NCBI GenBank assembly: GCA_051251855.1
Contig: JBPOGI010000002.1
Location: 64,001-128,000, forward strand
Source of the DNA: Roseibacillus sp.
Lineage (GTDB): Bacteria; Verrucomicrobiota; Verrucomicrobiia; Verrucomicrobiales; Akkermansiaceae
Direction of reading: 5' to 3'
Length of the DNA: 64,000 nt
Notes under the pieces: generated by a model
What the model was told of the DNA's origin: nothing
Databases searched by the model: none
The model's input: only the letters and a program-made list of their open reading frames with translations
In this document: piece after piece, positions 39,043-50,553 of the stretch
How positions within the stretch are numbered: the first letter of the stretch is position 1
How the letters are laid out: each line of letters starts with the position of its first letter
Program-made: the position numbers and the translations under genes

Positions 39043-40752
39043 ATGAATGTTTCAACCAAAGGAAAAGCTGCCCACACCTTCGACGCGATTGTCGTTGGTT
39101 CTGGAATTTCGGGTGGATGGGCTGCCAAGGAGCTGACGGAGAAGGGTCTCAAGACTCTTGTTCTGGAGCGTGGGCATGACATCAAGCACATCGTCGATTA
39201 TAAGACGACGCACGCTGCGCCCTGGGAGCTCAATTATCTCAACAAGACGTCACGCCAGATGCTGAAGCAGCAGGAGAAGCAAGCGCGCACGGGTTACACG
39301 GTGCGTCCTGATGCGAGCTACCTTTTTGTGGATGACGAGGACCATCCCTATGAGGAGAAGAAGCGCTTTGATTGGATGCGTGGTTATCATACCGGGGGGC
39401 GTTCCTTGATGTGGGGCAAGCAGAGTTATCGCTTGAGCCCTCTCGATATGGAAGCGAATGCGAAGGATGGAATTTCGATTCCGTGGCCGATTTCTTACGA
39501 GGAGCTGGCTCCTTGGTATTCTTATGTCGAGAGGTTTGCAGGGATTTCGGGTTCGTTGGAGGGGCTTTCTCAACTTCCGGATGGGGAGTTTCAGCCTGCG
39601 ATGGATCTGACTCCTGCCGAGTTGGATTTGAAGGCGGCGATTGAAGGAAAGTGGCAAGGGCGCAATCTGATTCCTGGGCGAGTGGCGCATTTGACCGCTC
39701 CCACGGAAGAGCAGATGGCGCTCGGTCGAGGGACTTGTCTTTATCGTAACATGTGTCGTCGTGGTTGCCCCTTTGGTGCTTACTTTTCGAGTCAAGCGGC
39801 GACTTTAAAGGCGGCAGAGCAGACGGGGAATATGACCCTTCGTTCTCACTCCATTGTGCATTCTGTGATTTATGATGATAAGGCGGAGAAAGCGATCGGG
39901 GTTCGTCTCATTGATGAGGTGACGATGGAGACGATTGAGTATTACGCTCGGGTGATTTTTCTGAATGCTTCCACGGTTGCGTCTACCGCTATTCTTCAGA
40001 ACTCTCAGTCGGAGCGGTTTCCGGAAGGGATGGATGAGAGTGGTTCTCTGGGTGGCTATTTGATGGACCATCATTTGGGAGTGGGTGCTGGGGGAGAGTT
40101 AGAGACTCACCAGGATAAGATTCACTATGGGCGTCGTCCCAATGGGTTTTATATCCCGCGCTATCGAAATCTTCATGAAGACGCGCAGAGTGATTATGTG
40201 CGTGGATTTGGTTATCAGGGTAAAGGAATGCGCCAGGGGTGGACGCGTGGGATTGATGGCTTCGGTGCCGATTTTAAGAAGGAACTCACCTCTTTTGGTC
40301 CTTGGAGGGTGAGTATGGGTGGTTTCGGGGAATGCCTTCCTTATGAAAATAATCGGATTTTCCTCAGTAAGGACAAGACTGACAAGTGGGGCCTGCCTCT
40401 CGTCGTGGCCGATGCTGAGTTTCAGGAGAACGAGGTGAACATGCGGGTGGACATGATGAATGATGCCGCCGAAATGCTTGAAGCAATGGGTGCCAAAAAC
40501 ATCAGGACGAATAATAAGGAGCCATCGATTGGGCTGGGGATTCATGAGATGGGGACGGCCCGGATGGGGAGTTCGCCTCAGGAGTCGGTGCTGAATGCGC
40601 ACAATCAGGTCTGGGGTGCCAAGAACGTCTTTTGCACTGATGGGGCTGCGATGGTGTCGGCGGGATGTACGAATCCGTCTTTGACTTACATGGCTTTGAC
40701 CGCTCGGGCTGCGGACTTTGCGGTGTCGGAGATGAAGAAGGGGAATTTGTAG
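39043..40752 (+). CDS. GMC family oxidoreductase (glycoside 3-dehydrogenase-like)
   Basis: VVGSGISGGWAAKEL, GGRSLMWG, IHEMGTARMG, NPSLTYMALTARA. Confidence 0.92.
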   Translation: MNVSTKGKAAHTFDAIVVGSGISGGWAAKELTEKGLKTLVLERGHDIKHIVDYKTTHAAPWELNYLNKTSRQMLKQQEKQARTGYTVRPDASYLFVDDEDHPYEEKKRFDWMRGYHTGGRSLMWGKQSYRLSPLDMEANAKDGISIPWPISYEELAPWYSYVERFAGISGSLEGLSQLPDGEFQPAMDLTPAELDLKAAIEGKWQGRNLIPGRVAHLTAPTEEQMALGRGTCLYRNMCRRGCPFGAYFSSQAATLKAAEQTGNMTLRSHSIVHSVIYDDKAEKAIGVRLIDEVTMETIEYYARVIFLNASTVASTAILQNSQSERFPEGMDESGSLGGYLMDHHLGVGAGGELETHQDKIHYGRRPNGFYIPRYRNLHEDAQSDYVRGFGYQGKGMRQGWTRGIDGFGADFKKELTSFGPWRVSMGGFGECLPYENNRIFLSKDKTDKWGLPLVVADAEFQENEVNMRVDMMNDAAEMLEAMGAKNIRTNNKEPSIGLGIHEMGTARMGSSPQESVLNAHNQVWGAKNVFCTDGAAMVSAGCTNPSLTYMALTARAADFAVSEMKKGNL

Positions 40753-40756
40753 GGGA

Positions 40757-40904
40757 GTGGGAGAGTGGTCTTTATAAGCCGCTACCTTGGATAGCCTATC
40801 GTGAGGGGTAGGCCTGCTCGCTTTCGAATCCTTGGAATCGGGGTGTGTGAACCCTCTCTCTGTGAAGCGCTCAATCTCCGTGGCTTACAAAGCCACGCTC
40901 CTAT
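40757..40904. repeat. REPIN/MITE-like element, copy 2
   Basis: GTGGGAGAGTGGTCTTTATAAGCCGC ... GTGGCTTACAAAGCCACGCTCCTAT; shares internal GGGGTAGGCCTG, CTTTCGAAT and TCAATCTC with copy 1. Confidence 0.8.
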
Positions 40905-40911
40905 TCCTTTG

Positions 40912-42386
<1,475 letters not shown>

Positions 42387-42390
<4 letters not shown>

Positions 42391-45300
42391 CGTTTCCAAA
42401 TGGTGGCGTCGAGGTTGAGAATGGTTTGGCAAATCACGGTAGTGGCGGCGAGTTGCGGGGCGGGAAGGTCTTTGTTGGCTGGGGTCTCACCAAGGGCGAT
42501 GAGCTTTTGGGCGGCATCGGGTTCGCTTTGGAAGCGGTCGAGTTGTTCTTGGTAAAGTTCTAACAGGACTTTTTCTTCTTCGGCGGAGGCGGGGCGACCG
42601 GCGAGGCGGATGAAGGCTTGGGCGATTTGTTCGGTAGGCTCTTGGTTGAGAATTTCCTCGGCGAGGTGGCGGGCCGCTTCGACGAATTGGACATCGTTGA
42701 GGAGGACGAGGGCTTGCAGGGGAGTGTTGGTGCGAGAGCGGGCGACGGCGCAGACTTCGCGGGTGCCGGCGTCGAAGGCGAGCATGTTCGGGAGGGGGGC
42801 GGTGCGCTTCCAGACGGAGTAGAGGGAGCGGCGGTGAAGGGATTGGCCAACGGATTGTTGGTAGGGAGGGGACATGCCGTTGGACTCGGTCCAGAGGTCT
42901 TCGCCGGGTTGGTAGGGGGAGACGGGCGGGCCACCGGCTTCGGGATTGAGGAGGCCGGAAGAGGCGAGGGCGAGGTCGCGGATTTGTTCGGCAGAAAGGC
43001 GGTGGGCGGGTCCGCGTGCGAGGAGACGGTTTTCAGGGTCGCGCTCGACGAGGTCGGGGCGGTGGCGGGAGTCTTGACCGTAGGTGGAGGAGAGGACGAT
43101 TTTTTTGCAGAGGGCCTTGATGTCCCATCCGCTGTTGACGAAGTCGCGTGAGAGCCAGTCGAGGAGTTCGGGATGACTGGGGAGGGCTCCTTGGAGACCG
43201 AAGTTCTCAGGAGTATCGATGAGTCCGACCCCAATGAAGCCTGCCCAAATACGGTTGACGAAGACGCGGGCGGTGAGGGGGTTGTCGGGGTGGACCGTCC
43301 ATTGCGCGAGTCCGGCACGGTCGCGGGGAGCGTCGGCGGGGAAGGGCATGAGTTCGGCAGGGGTGTTGCGGGTGACGAGTTTGTCGGGAGTCTTGGGAGC
43401 GCTGTATTCGCCGCGGTCGAGGATGTAGGCGGGGAGGGGTTTGGGGAGTTCTTCCATCACGGGGATTTCGGTGATGGGTTCTTCGGTTTGCACGAAGGCG
43501 TGGAGAGCTTTGTGAGCATGGGCGAGCGCGATGCGGGAGGGTTCGTGGAAGTGGTGGGTGAAGTATTCCTGGTAGTGGGCCTCGGTGGGAACGGGTGGAG
43601 GGGTTTCGGTGCAGAGTTCGGCAAGTTTGCTGATTTCGATCTGAGTGAGTGCGCGGTCGTAGTAGGCGAAGCTGTTGATGCGGCCTCCGGCGAGGCCGCG
43701 GTCGCGCCAGCGGGAACCGAGGCCGAATTTGCCGCCATGTTGGGTGGCGACGTTGGCGGACTTGACCTTGTTGTCGCGCAGGACTTTGGTGGCGAGTTCG
43801 ACGCCGTCGAGGTAGAGCTTGAGTCCGTTGGCTTGGTCGGAGGCGTCCCAAGTGGCGGTGAGGTGTTGGATGGTGCCGGTGGGCAAAGGTTCGAGGGTGC
43901 GCACACCCATGCCGTTGCCGGGCCAGACGCGGTAAAGGCGAGATTCGAGGTAGCCGTCTTCGAGGGTGAGGTCCCAACCATTGAAGCCGGCATCGGTGCC
44001 GCGGCTGTGGTGGGCGAGGACGGCTCGGGGGCCGGAAGTCTGGGTCTGATGGAGGGCGATTCCGATGGTGAAAGGGGTCCAGCGGTCGAAGGAGGGGATG
44101 CCGTGAAAGCTGAGGTAACGGTCGCCATCGAGGGCTACGGCGAGTTCGTCAGGTTTGGCAGGGTGGAAGTTTTCGAAGGGGAGAGGGGCGGCATTCCCGT
44201 GGTCTCCTTCGGAGAATTTTGCGACTTTGCTGTCGAGTTTTCCCTGGGTGAAGTCGAGGCCGACTTTGGGCATTTCCAATCCCACCTTTTGATAGATGGG
44301 AGTGTCGTTGTTGAGCCAGTTTTCAAATTCTTCGGCGCTGGCGGTGAGAGTGTCTTGATAGGTCTTTTGCGCTTGTTCGAAATTTTTCTTAGCTTGAGCG
44401 AGAGTGGATTCTTCTTCGCGAGTGGGCAGAAGGAGAGTAGGAGAGGGAACGCGGGCGGTGCGGTCATACATTCCGTTCTCGTCGATGGAATTGAAGAAGG
44501 CGAAGAGGGAGTAGTAATCCGTCATGGTGAGCGGATCGTATTTGTGGTCGTGGCAGCGGGTGCACTCGAAGGTGAGGCCGAGGACGGCGGTTCCGAAGGT
44601 GTGCACGCGGTCGGCGATGTTTTCAGTGCGCCACTCTTCGAAGATGGCGCCGCCTTCGTTGTTGAGGCGGTGGAGTCGGTTGAAGGCGGTGGCGAGTTTT
44701 TGCTCTCGAGTGGCTTCAGGCAGGAGGTCGCCGGCGATGTTCCAGGTGAGGAAATCGTTGTAGGGAAGGTTGTCGTTGAGAGCTTGCACGACCCAGTCGC
44801 GGTAAGGCCATTGGGTGTTGAGCTTGTCGGATTGAAGGCCGTAGGAGTCGGCATAGCGAGCGGCATCCAGCCAGCCGACGGCCATGTGTTCGCCATAGGC
44901 GGAAGAGTCTAACAGAAGGTCGACGGTGTCTTCTTTCGCTTTTTCGAAATCAGCGGAGGCGGCGTCGGAGAAGCGGGCGACCTCTTCTTCGGTGGGAGGA
45001 AGTCCGGTGAGGTCGAAGGTGACGCGGCGGAGCCAGCGGAGTGGGTCAGCGGTGGGAGAGGGGGTGACTTCCTCTTCCTCGAGGGTGGCGAGGATGAAGT
45101 TGTCGATGGAATTGTAGGGCCAGTCGTTGTCACTGACAGTTGGGACGTCGACTTTGGCGGGGAGGTTGTCGAAGGCCCAGTGCTTTTCGTAGGGAGCGCC
45201 TTGTTCGATCCATTGGCGGATGACTTCTTTCTCGTCGTCGGTCATGGCGAGGTGGGAGTCGGGTGGGGGCATCACTTCGTCGGGGTCGTCGGATTGGATG

Positions 45301-45539
45301 CGCTGCCAGGCGACGGATTGTTCAGCATCTCCAGCGACGATAGCGAAGCCGTCAGACTCGGTGAGGGCGGCGAAAGCGGAGGCAGCGTTGTCGAGCCGGA
45401 GACCGGCTCCATTTTCCTTTTCGTCAGGTCCGTGGCACAGGAAGCAATTGTCCGAGAGGATAGGACGGACGTCGTAGTTGTAGCTGACCTCGGCGGAGAG
45501 GAGTGGCAGGAACAGGAAGGGGAGAAGGGTGAGGCGCAT
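42387..45539 (-). CDS. DUF1549/DUF1553 planctomycete cytochrome c protein with LamG-like insert
   Basis: CFLCHGPD, WLDAARYADS, CTRCHDHKYDP, HPELLDWL, NTPLQAL. Confidence 0.92.
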
Positions 45540-45593
45540 GGTGGTGAAGTTGTCCGAGGGTTTTAGATACGGTCGTGTTTAGAGTGTTTTTTC

Positions 45594-45641
45594 GGACAGG
45601 ATGAACAGGATGAACAGGATTTTGCAGGATTTTGCAGGATT
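45594..45641 (+). repeat. Short tandem repeat (CAGGAT core x5, 9-10 bp period)
   Basis: GGACAGGATGAACAGGATGAACAGGATTTTGCAGGATTTTGCAGGATT. Confidence 0.85.
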
Positions 45642-45687
45642 ACGGTTCGGTGCTTTTTTGGGACGGAATTTACAGAATTAGGCAGAA

Positions 45688-47670
45688 CTATTTTTGGCTG
45701 AATGGGCGTTGAGCGCGGATGGTGGCGGTGCCGATTTTGCCTGGGGTGCCTTCGGCGAGGGAGACTTCGATGGTGTTGTCAGCTTTGAGGTATTTGGGGT
45801 CGAGGGGAAAGACGCGGGTGGTGGCGTAGCCCCCTTTGGGGTTGGAGTTGCGGGTGATGCTGTCTGGAAGGTGGTCGGGGAGGAGCTTGCCGTTGATTTT
45901 TACGAGGAGGGACTTGTCGGCTTCGTGGGGGGTGGTGAATCCGATGCGTAGGGTGGCGGTGAGGATTTGGTCGGTGTTGGGGGTGGGGATTTGGATGGGG
46001 GTTCCGGAGTCGACGATGACTTGGTCGCCGTAGTGGACGGTTTCGTTGTGATGAGATTTTTCTTGGATGGGAGAAGCGTAGTCGGCGATGAAGATGAGGG
46101 TTTCGAGGGGGGCGAGAGGGGTGCTAGTAGATTCGGAGGGTTGTTCGCTGTAGTTGAGGGTGAGGTCGGGGTTGCGCCCGAGGCGGCGGAGGGTGAGTTT
46201 TTCGGGTTGGGGGAGTTCGAGGGAGAGGGTTTCGCTTTTCTCGGAAAAGTTGTGGGCGATGATGAAGAGTTGGTCGTCTTTGACGAAGCTGCGGCAGGCG
46301 ATGTCGGGGTCGTCGGAATGGGATAGTACGCGACGGCCATCGACTCCGGCGAAGAGGCGGTAGAAGTTTTGAAGTTCGGTGGGGACGAGCTTGCCGTCTT
46401 TCTGAAAGTCTTGGGGGGCGCAGAGGACGGCATAGTAGTAGGGGTCCCAGGCGGCAGCGTTGTGGAGGAGGAAGGGGACGGCCTTGAGGACGGTGTGGGG
46501 GTGCTCCATGTAGGTGACGATGTTGCCGATGATGGAGTTGAGGTGAATGAAGTCGTGCATGGAGCGGGCACGGAGGGCGTAGTCAAAGTCGCTTTCGTTT
46601 TCGCGAGGAAGGACGCGGCCTTGGGCGGCTTTCATGATGAGTTTGTGATTGCTATCGCCGTTGCCTCCGTTGGCGTAACCGCCTTGTTCGCTGATGACGA
46701 TTTGGCAGGGTTGGTCTTGGGTGAGGTGGGCGTAGTTGGGGACGAGGTCGAGGACGCCGTCGAGGGGGGCTCCGCTGAGGTGGTTGCCTTTGAATTGGTC
46801 GTCTTCCCAGCGGTAGTAGTCGTAGGTGTGGAAGGAGTAAAAGTCGAGTTGGTTGGCGGTGGCGTCCATGAAGGATTGGAGGCCGTTGAAGCTTTGGTAA
46901 TTGTTGCGGTAGAAGTAGCCGACGGCATTGCAGGGGCCGCCGACGAGGACTTCGGGGGTGGCGGCTTTGATGGCGTCTCGAACGGCGAGATGCCATTGGG
47001 CGGTTTGGTTGGATTGGGTGAGGAAGGACCAGTGGGGTTCGTTGATGGGTTCGAAGAAGCGGGGGCGGGTGAGGTCGGTGTAATTGTATTGGAAGACGGC
47101 GGCGGCGAGTTCGGCGGAGGCGGCGTGGTTGGCGGGGATGACTTTGGGGTGTTTGTTGGACTTCTCTTTTTTGACGGTATCGGTCATCCATTGCCCCATG
47201 AATTTGGGGTAAGCACCCGGGGAGCCGTGGGCGGCGACGTTGAGGTTGGGGGCGAAGTCTTGGGCGAGAGTAGGGTCGTCAGGTTGGGCCTTTTTGGCTA
47301 TTTGTTGTTTGAAATAGTCGAGGTCGATGAAGCCGGGACGGTTGAGGTCTTGGCGGACGGCTCGGGAGTAGTTGACGACGCTGCGGATGGGGCCGATTTC
47401 GCGTCCGAAGGAGATGTCGAGTTCGTTGACGAGGTGGTGGTAGTGCTCTTCGTCGACGCGTTTTGCGAAGCCTTTTCCGCTTTCGGCGAGGGCGAAGTAG
47501 CGTTGGCGTTCAAGTTGGCTATGGCCCTCGATGCTACGGGTGATTTCGGGGTTGATGGTGAGGAGCACGGTGGCGGAGGCTTTTGTGGTGGGAGCGGCGG
47601 TGGCGTCTTCCTGGCAGGAGGAGAGGGCAGCGGTGAGCAGCAGGCAAGCGAGGAAGAAGAGTGGTTTCAT
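45688..47670 (-). CDS. Beta-porphyranase/agarase-like glycoside hydrolase (GH86-like), lipoprotein
   Basis: LSSC lipobox; FEPINEPHW, VGGP, LDFYSFHTYD, VISEQGG. Confidence 0.72.
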   Translation of the reverse strand: MKPLFFLACLLLTAALSSCQEDATAAPTTKASATVLLTINPEITRSIEGHSQLERQRYFALAESGKGFAKRVDEEHYHHLVNELDISFGREIGPIRSVVNYSRAVRQDLNRPGFIDLDYFKQQIAKKAQPDDPTLAQDFAPNLNVAAHGSPGAYPKFMGQWMTDTVKKEKSNKHPKVIPANHAASAELAAAVFQYNYTDLTRPRFFEPINEPHWSFLTQSNQTAQWHLAVRDAIKAATPEVLVGGPCNAVGYFYRNNYQSFNGLQSFMDATANQLDFYSFHTYDYYRWEDDQFKGNHLSGAPLDGVLDLVPNYAHLTQDQPCQIVISEQGGYANGGNGDSNHKLIMKAAQGRVLPRENESDFDYALRARSMHDFIHLNSIIGNIVTYMEHPHTVLKAVPFLLHNAAAWDPYYYAVLCAPQDFQKDGKLVPTELQNFYRLFAGVDGRRVLSHSDDPDIACRSFVKDDQLFIIAHNFSEKSETLSLELPQPEKLTLRRLGRNPDLTLNYSEQPSESTSTPLAPLETLIFIADYASPIQEKSHHNETVHYGDQVIVDSGTPIQIPTPNTDQILTATLRIGFTTPHEADKSLLVKINGKLLPDHLPDSITRNSNPKGGYATTRVFPLDPKYLKADNTIEVSLAEGTPGKIGTATIRAQRPFSQK

Positions 47671-47692
47671 GGTGGGTTGTTGGGGATGCCCA

Positions 47693-49303
47693 CTAGAGAC
47701 TGGATTCCCATTCGCCGAAGGTGCCGGGGAGGGTGTTGAGGGTCTCGCCGAGAAGGGTTTTCATTTCGGTGAGTTTCTCTGCGTGTTCGGTTTTGTTAGC
47801 GAGATTGGTGGTTTCGGTGGGGTCGTTAGTGAGGTGGTAGAGTTGGTCGGGGTCGAAGTAGTTGGGGAGGTAGGGAGGCTTGGCGGCCATGGTGAGGCGG
47901 ATGAGGAAGTTGCCGCCGGGAGGGCCTCCGACGTGGGAGGTTTTGGCAGAGGGATCGAACTTCCATTTGACCCAGGCGTGGTCGGCTTTGATTTTGGCGA
48001 GGGTTTCCTTTTGTTGGCGATGGCCTTCTTCGAGGGAGGGCACTTGGCTGGGAGGGAGGCGAAAGGCGAGGTATTTCCAGTCTTTGGTGACGATGGCACG
48101 GGTGAAGCCGATTTCGGCGTAGATAGCTTTACGCCATTCGATTTGTTCGCCGCGGAGGAGGGGGAGATAGCTTTGGCCGTCGAGGGGCATGTCGGGAAGG
48201 GGCTCGGCTTGGGCGGCGTCGAGGAAGGTGGGTGCGATGTCGACGTTGGAGATGAGTTCGTCGCAAACTTGGGGTTTGATGGTGCCGGGCCAGTAGGCGG
48301 AGGAGGGGGTGCGGAGAGCGCCTTGGTAGAGGGAGCTTTTGCTGGCGAGCTCCATGCCGTGGTCGTTGAAGTGGATGATGAGGGTGTCTTCGGCGAGGTC
48401 GAGGGATTCGATTTTTTGGATGATGGATCCGATGCCGGCGTCGAGCCAGCTGGCACCGGCGCTGTCGCGGGTGAGTCCGGCGGCTTCGGCTTGGGCGAAG
48501 AGGGTTTCGCGGGTGGGCATTTCGGCGTTGGGAGGTTCGGAGAGGAGGCCGAGGGGGGTGCTGCGGATGTCGGCTTCCATGCCTTCGACGGGGTCGGGGG
48601 AATGAGGGAGGGTGGTGGAAAAGTAGAGGAAGAAGGGGTTCTCTTGATTGGCTTCGATGAATTCAAGAGCGCCTTCGGTGACCCACTCCATGTTGTGATG
48701 GGCGAGGCCGGTGGCTTTGAGTTCTTTGGAGTCGAGGGGGTTGCCGGCGTAAGCGCGGGAGACGTGATCGAATCCGTGTTCGGCGAGTCCTTGGCAGAGG
48801 GCGGTTTGGTTGGCGGCGAGGATTTGGGCGATGGCGGGGTCGGTGGGATCGGAGCCTTTGGGGATGCTTTGCATTTTGCCATAGGAGCCGATGTGCCATT
48901 TGCCGATGAGGCCAGTGGTGTAGCCGGCGGCTTGGAGGGCTTTGGGGAGGTTGGGTCGCTCGGTTTCGAGGTGGGTATTGAAGTAGACGGGGCGGAGGCC
49001 TTCGGGGGTGATGTCGCGCAGGAGGGCGGGGGAGGTGCCGCGGCTGGGGTAGCGTCCGGTGATGCAGGCGTAGCGGCTGGGGGTGCAAACGGTGGTGCAG
49101 GTGTAGCTGTTGGCGAAGCGCGCGCCTTCGGTGGCCATGCGATCGAGGTGGGGAGTGAGCGCTTTTTGGCCGAGGTAGCCGAGGTCCTCGATGCGCTGAT
49201 CGTCGGTGATGATGAAGATCAGGTTGGGCTTGCGATCGACTGCAGAGAGGGGCAGCAGGGAGAGCAAGGTGAGGGCGAGAACTGTCAGGGTGGGGTGCGG
49301 CAT
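47693..49303 (-). CDS. Sulfatase (Cys-type)
   Basis: PNLIFIITDD, CTPSR...TGRY, GKWH; start moved to MPHPTL. Confidence 0.93.
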   Translation of the reverse strand: MPHPTLTVLALTLLSLLPLSAVDRKPNLIFIITDDQRIEDLGYLGQKALTPHLDRMATEGARFANSYTCTTVCTPSRYACITGRYPSRGTSPALLRDITPEGLRPVYFNTHLETERPNLPKALQAAGYTTGLIGKWHIGSYGKMQSIPKGSDPTDPAIAQILAANQTALCQGLAEHGFDHVSRAYAGNPLDSKELKATGLAHHNMEWVTEGALEFIEANQENPFFLYFSTTLPHSPDPVEGMEADIRSTPLGLLSEPPNAEMPTRETLFAQAEAAGLTRDSAGASWLDAGIGSIIQKIESLDLAEDTLIIHFNDHGMELASKSSLYQGALRTPSSAYWPGTIKPQVCDELISNVDIAPTFLDAAQAEPLPDMPLDGQSYLPLLRGEQIEWRKAIYAEIGFTRAIVTKDWKYLAFRLPPSQVPSLEEGHRQQKETLAKIKADHAWVKWKFDPSAKTSHVGGPPGGNFLIRLTMAAKPPYLPNYFDPDQLYHLTNDPTETTNLANKTEHAEKLTEMKTLLGETLNTLPGTFGEWESSL

Positions 49304-49434
49304 TCGTACTGGGAATGTATCGCGGGAGCGGGTTTTTCCCAGAAAAGGGGGAGAAAATCTTGTTGAGGTCCGTCCGTTGAGTGAGGAAGACAAGATTGTT
49401 GCGAGGAATGTTAAGTTTCGGCGTGGCGTCGGGG

Positions 49435-50493
49435 CTACTTGCGTTCGGTGGCCATCTTGAATTTGACGACGGCTTCGGCGACTGAGAAGGCGAGGCGGTC
49501 TTGGTAGTCGGGGCGCTTGATGAGGGCTCCCTCGGCTCGGTTGGAGAGGAAGCCGCCTTCGAGGAGGATGGCGGGGTGTTTGACGCCAGTGATGACGGAG
49601 TAGCGTGCGCGGCGAATACCTCGATCGCGTCTTCCAGTGTTCTTGATGACGGTGGAGTGGACGGCGGTGGCAAGGGCGATGTTGGCGCCGTCGTTGCTGT
49701 TGCCGGGTTTATCGAGAAGGTCGTCTAATTTGAGGCCGCGGCCATAATGGGCGACTCCTTTGGGAGAGAGGGTGAAGGTTTCGATGCCGTCGGCACGACC
49801 GCCGCCGCCGGAGTTGAAGTGGAGGGAGATGAAGATGGCGTTGGGGTATTGATTTGCGAAGTCGACGCGCTGTTGGAGGGTGAGATATTTGTCTTCGTCG
49901 CGAGTGAGGCCCACTTTGAAACCGCGTTTGCGGAGTTGGGTGGAGAGTTTGAGGGCGAGGCTGAGGGCGTGGTCTTTTTCGCGGCCGTTGCCGTGGGGGC
50001 TGGCGGCGCCGGGGTCGTGGCCGCCGTGACCAGCGTCGATGATGACGGTGTCGATGGGGGAGGGACTTTTGATGCGGTGAGGGCGGAGGACGGGGTCGAG
50101 GAGTTTAACGAGATCGATGCGGTGGACGAGGTAGCGGTCTCCGGAGCGTTTGATGGGAAAGGAGAAGACGAATTTGATTTCGTTCATCCAGACGTCTCGC
50201 TGGTCAATGAGGAACTCGAGGCGGACGTTGCTTTTTTCAAGAATGAGCTTGGTGCCCGAGGTTCGCATGGTGTCGAACTCGTAGAACTTTTTGATACTGC
50301 GGAGGGTGACGTAGTGTTCGCCGTCGATTTCTATGTTTTCCCAAGTGAACTGAGGCTCTTGAGTAGTCTCCTCTTTTTGAGTTGGCTTAACGGGCGTGTT
50401 GCGAGATTTTTGGTCTTGGCCATAGAAGAGGCCGAAGAGAAGTGAGCCGATTGCGAGGATTGCGAGAAGGGTGAGTTTGAGCGGCTTGTTCAT
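49435..50493 (-). CDS. N-acetylmuramoyl-L-alanine amidase (Amidase_3), paralog 2
   Basis: IDAGHGG, EKD, SLHFN, LLEGGF. Confidence 0.92.
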   Translation of the reverse strand: MNKPLKLTLLAILAIGSLLFGLFYGQDQKSRNTPVKPTQKEETTQEPQFTWENIEIDGEHYVTLRSIKKFYEFDTMRTSGTKLILEKSNVRLEFLIDQRDVWMNEIKFVFSFPIKRSGDRYLVHRIDLVKLLDPVLRPHRIKSPSPIDTVIIDAGHGGHDPGAASPHGNGREKDHALSLALKLSTQLRKRGFKVGLTRDEDKYLTLQQRVDFANQYPNAIFISLHFNSGGGGRADGIETFTLSPKGVAHYGRGLKLDDLLDKPGNSNDGANIALATAVHSTVIKNTGRRDRGIRRARYSVITGVKHPAILLEGGFLSNRAEGALIKRPDYQDRLAFSVAEAVVKFKMATERK

Positions 50494-50553
50494 GGTGATT
50501 CGGCCGGTTCGGTGGGGCCGGTCACAGACCAGCGCTCCCAGTGACGGTCCCCG

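Noticed and set aside
43173..49366. Long plus-strand ORFs (579, 456, 611 aa) and similar ones at 6521-8704 and 49747-51498
   Set aside because: Antisense shadows of well-supported genes with strong codon bias; Gly/Val/Glu-rich with no motifs
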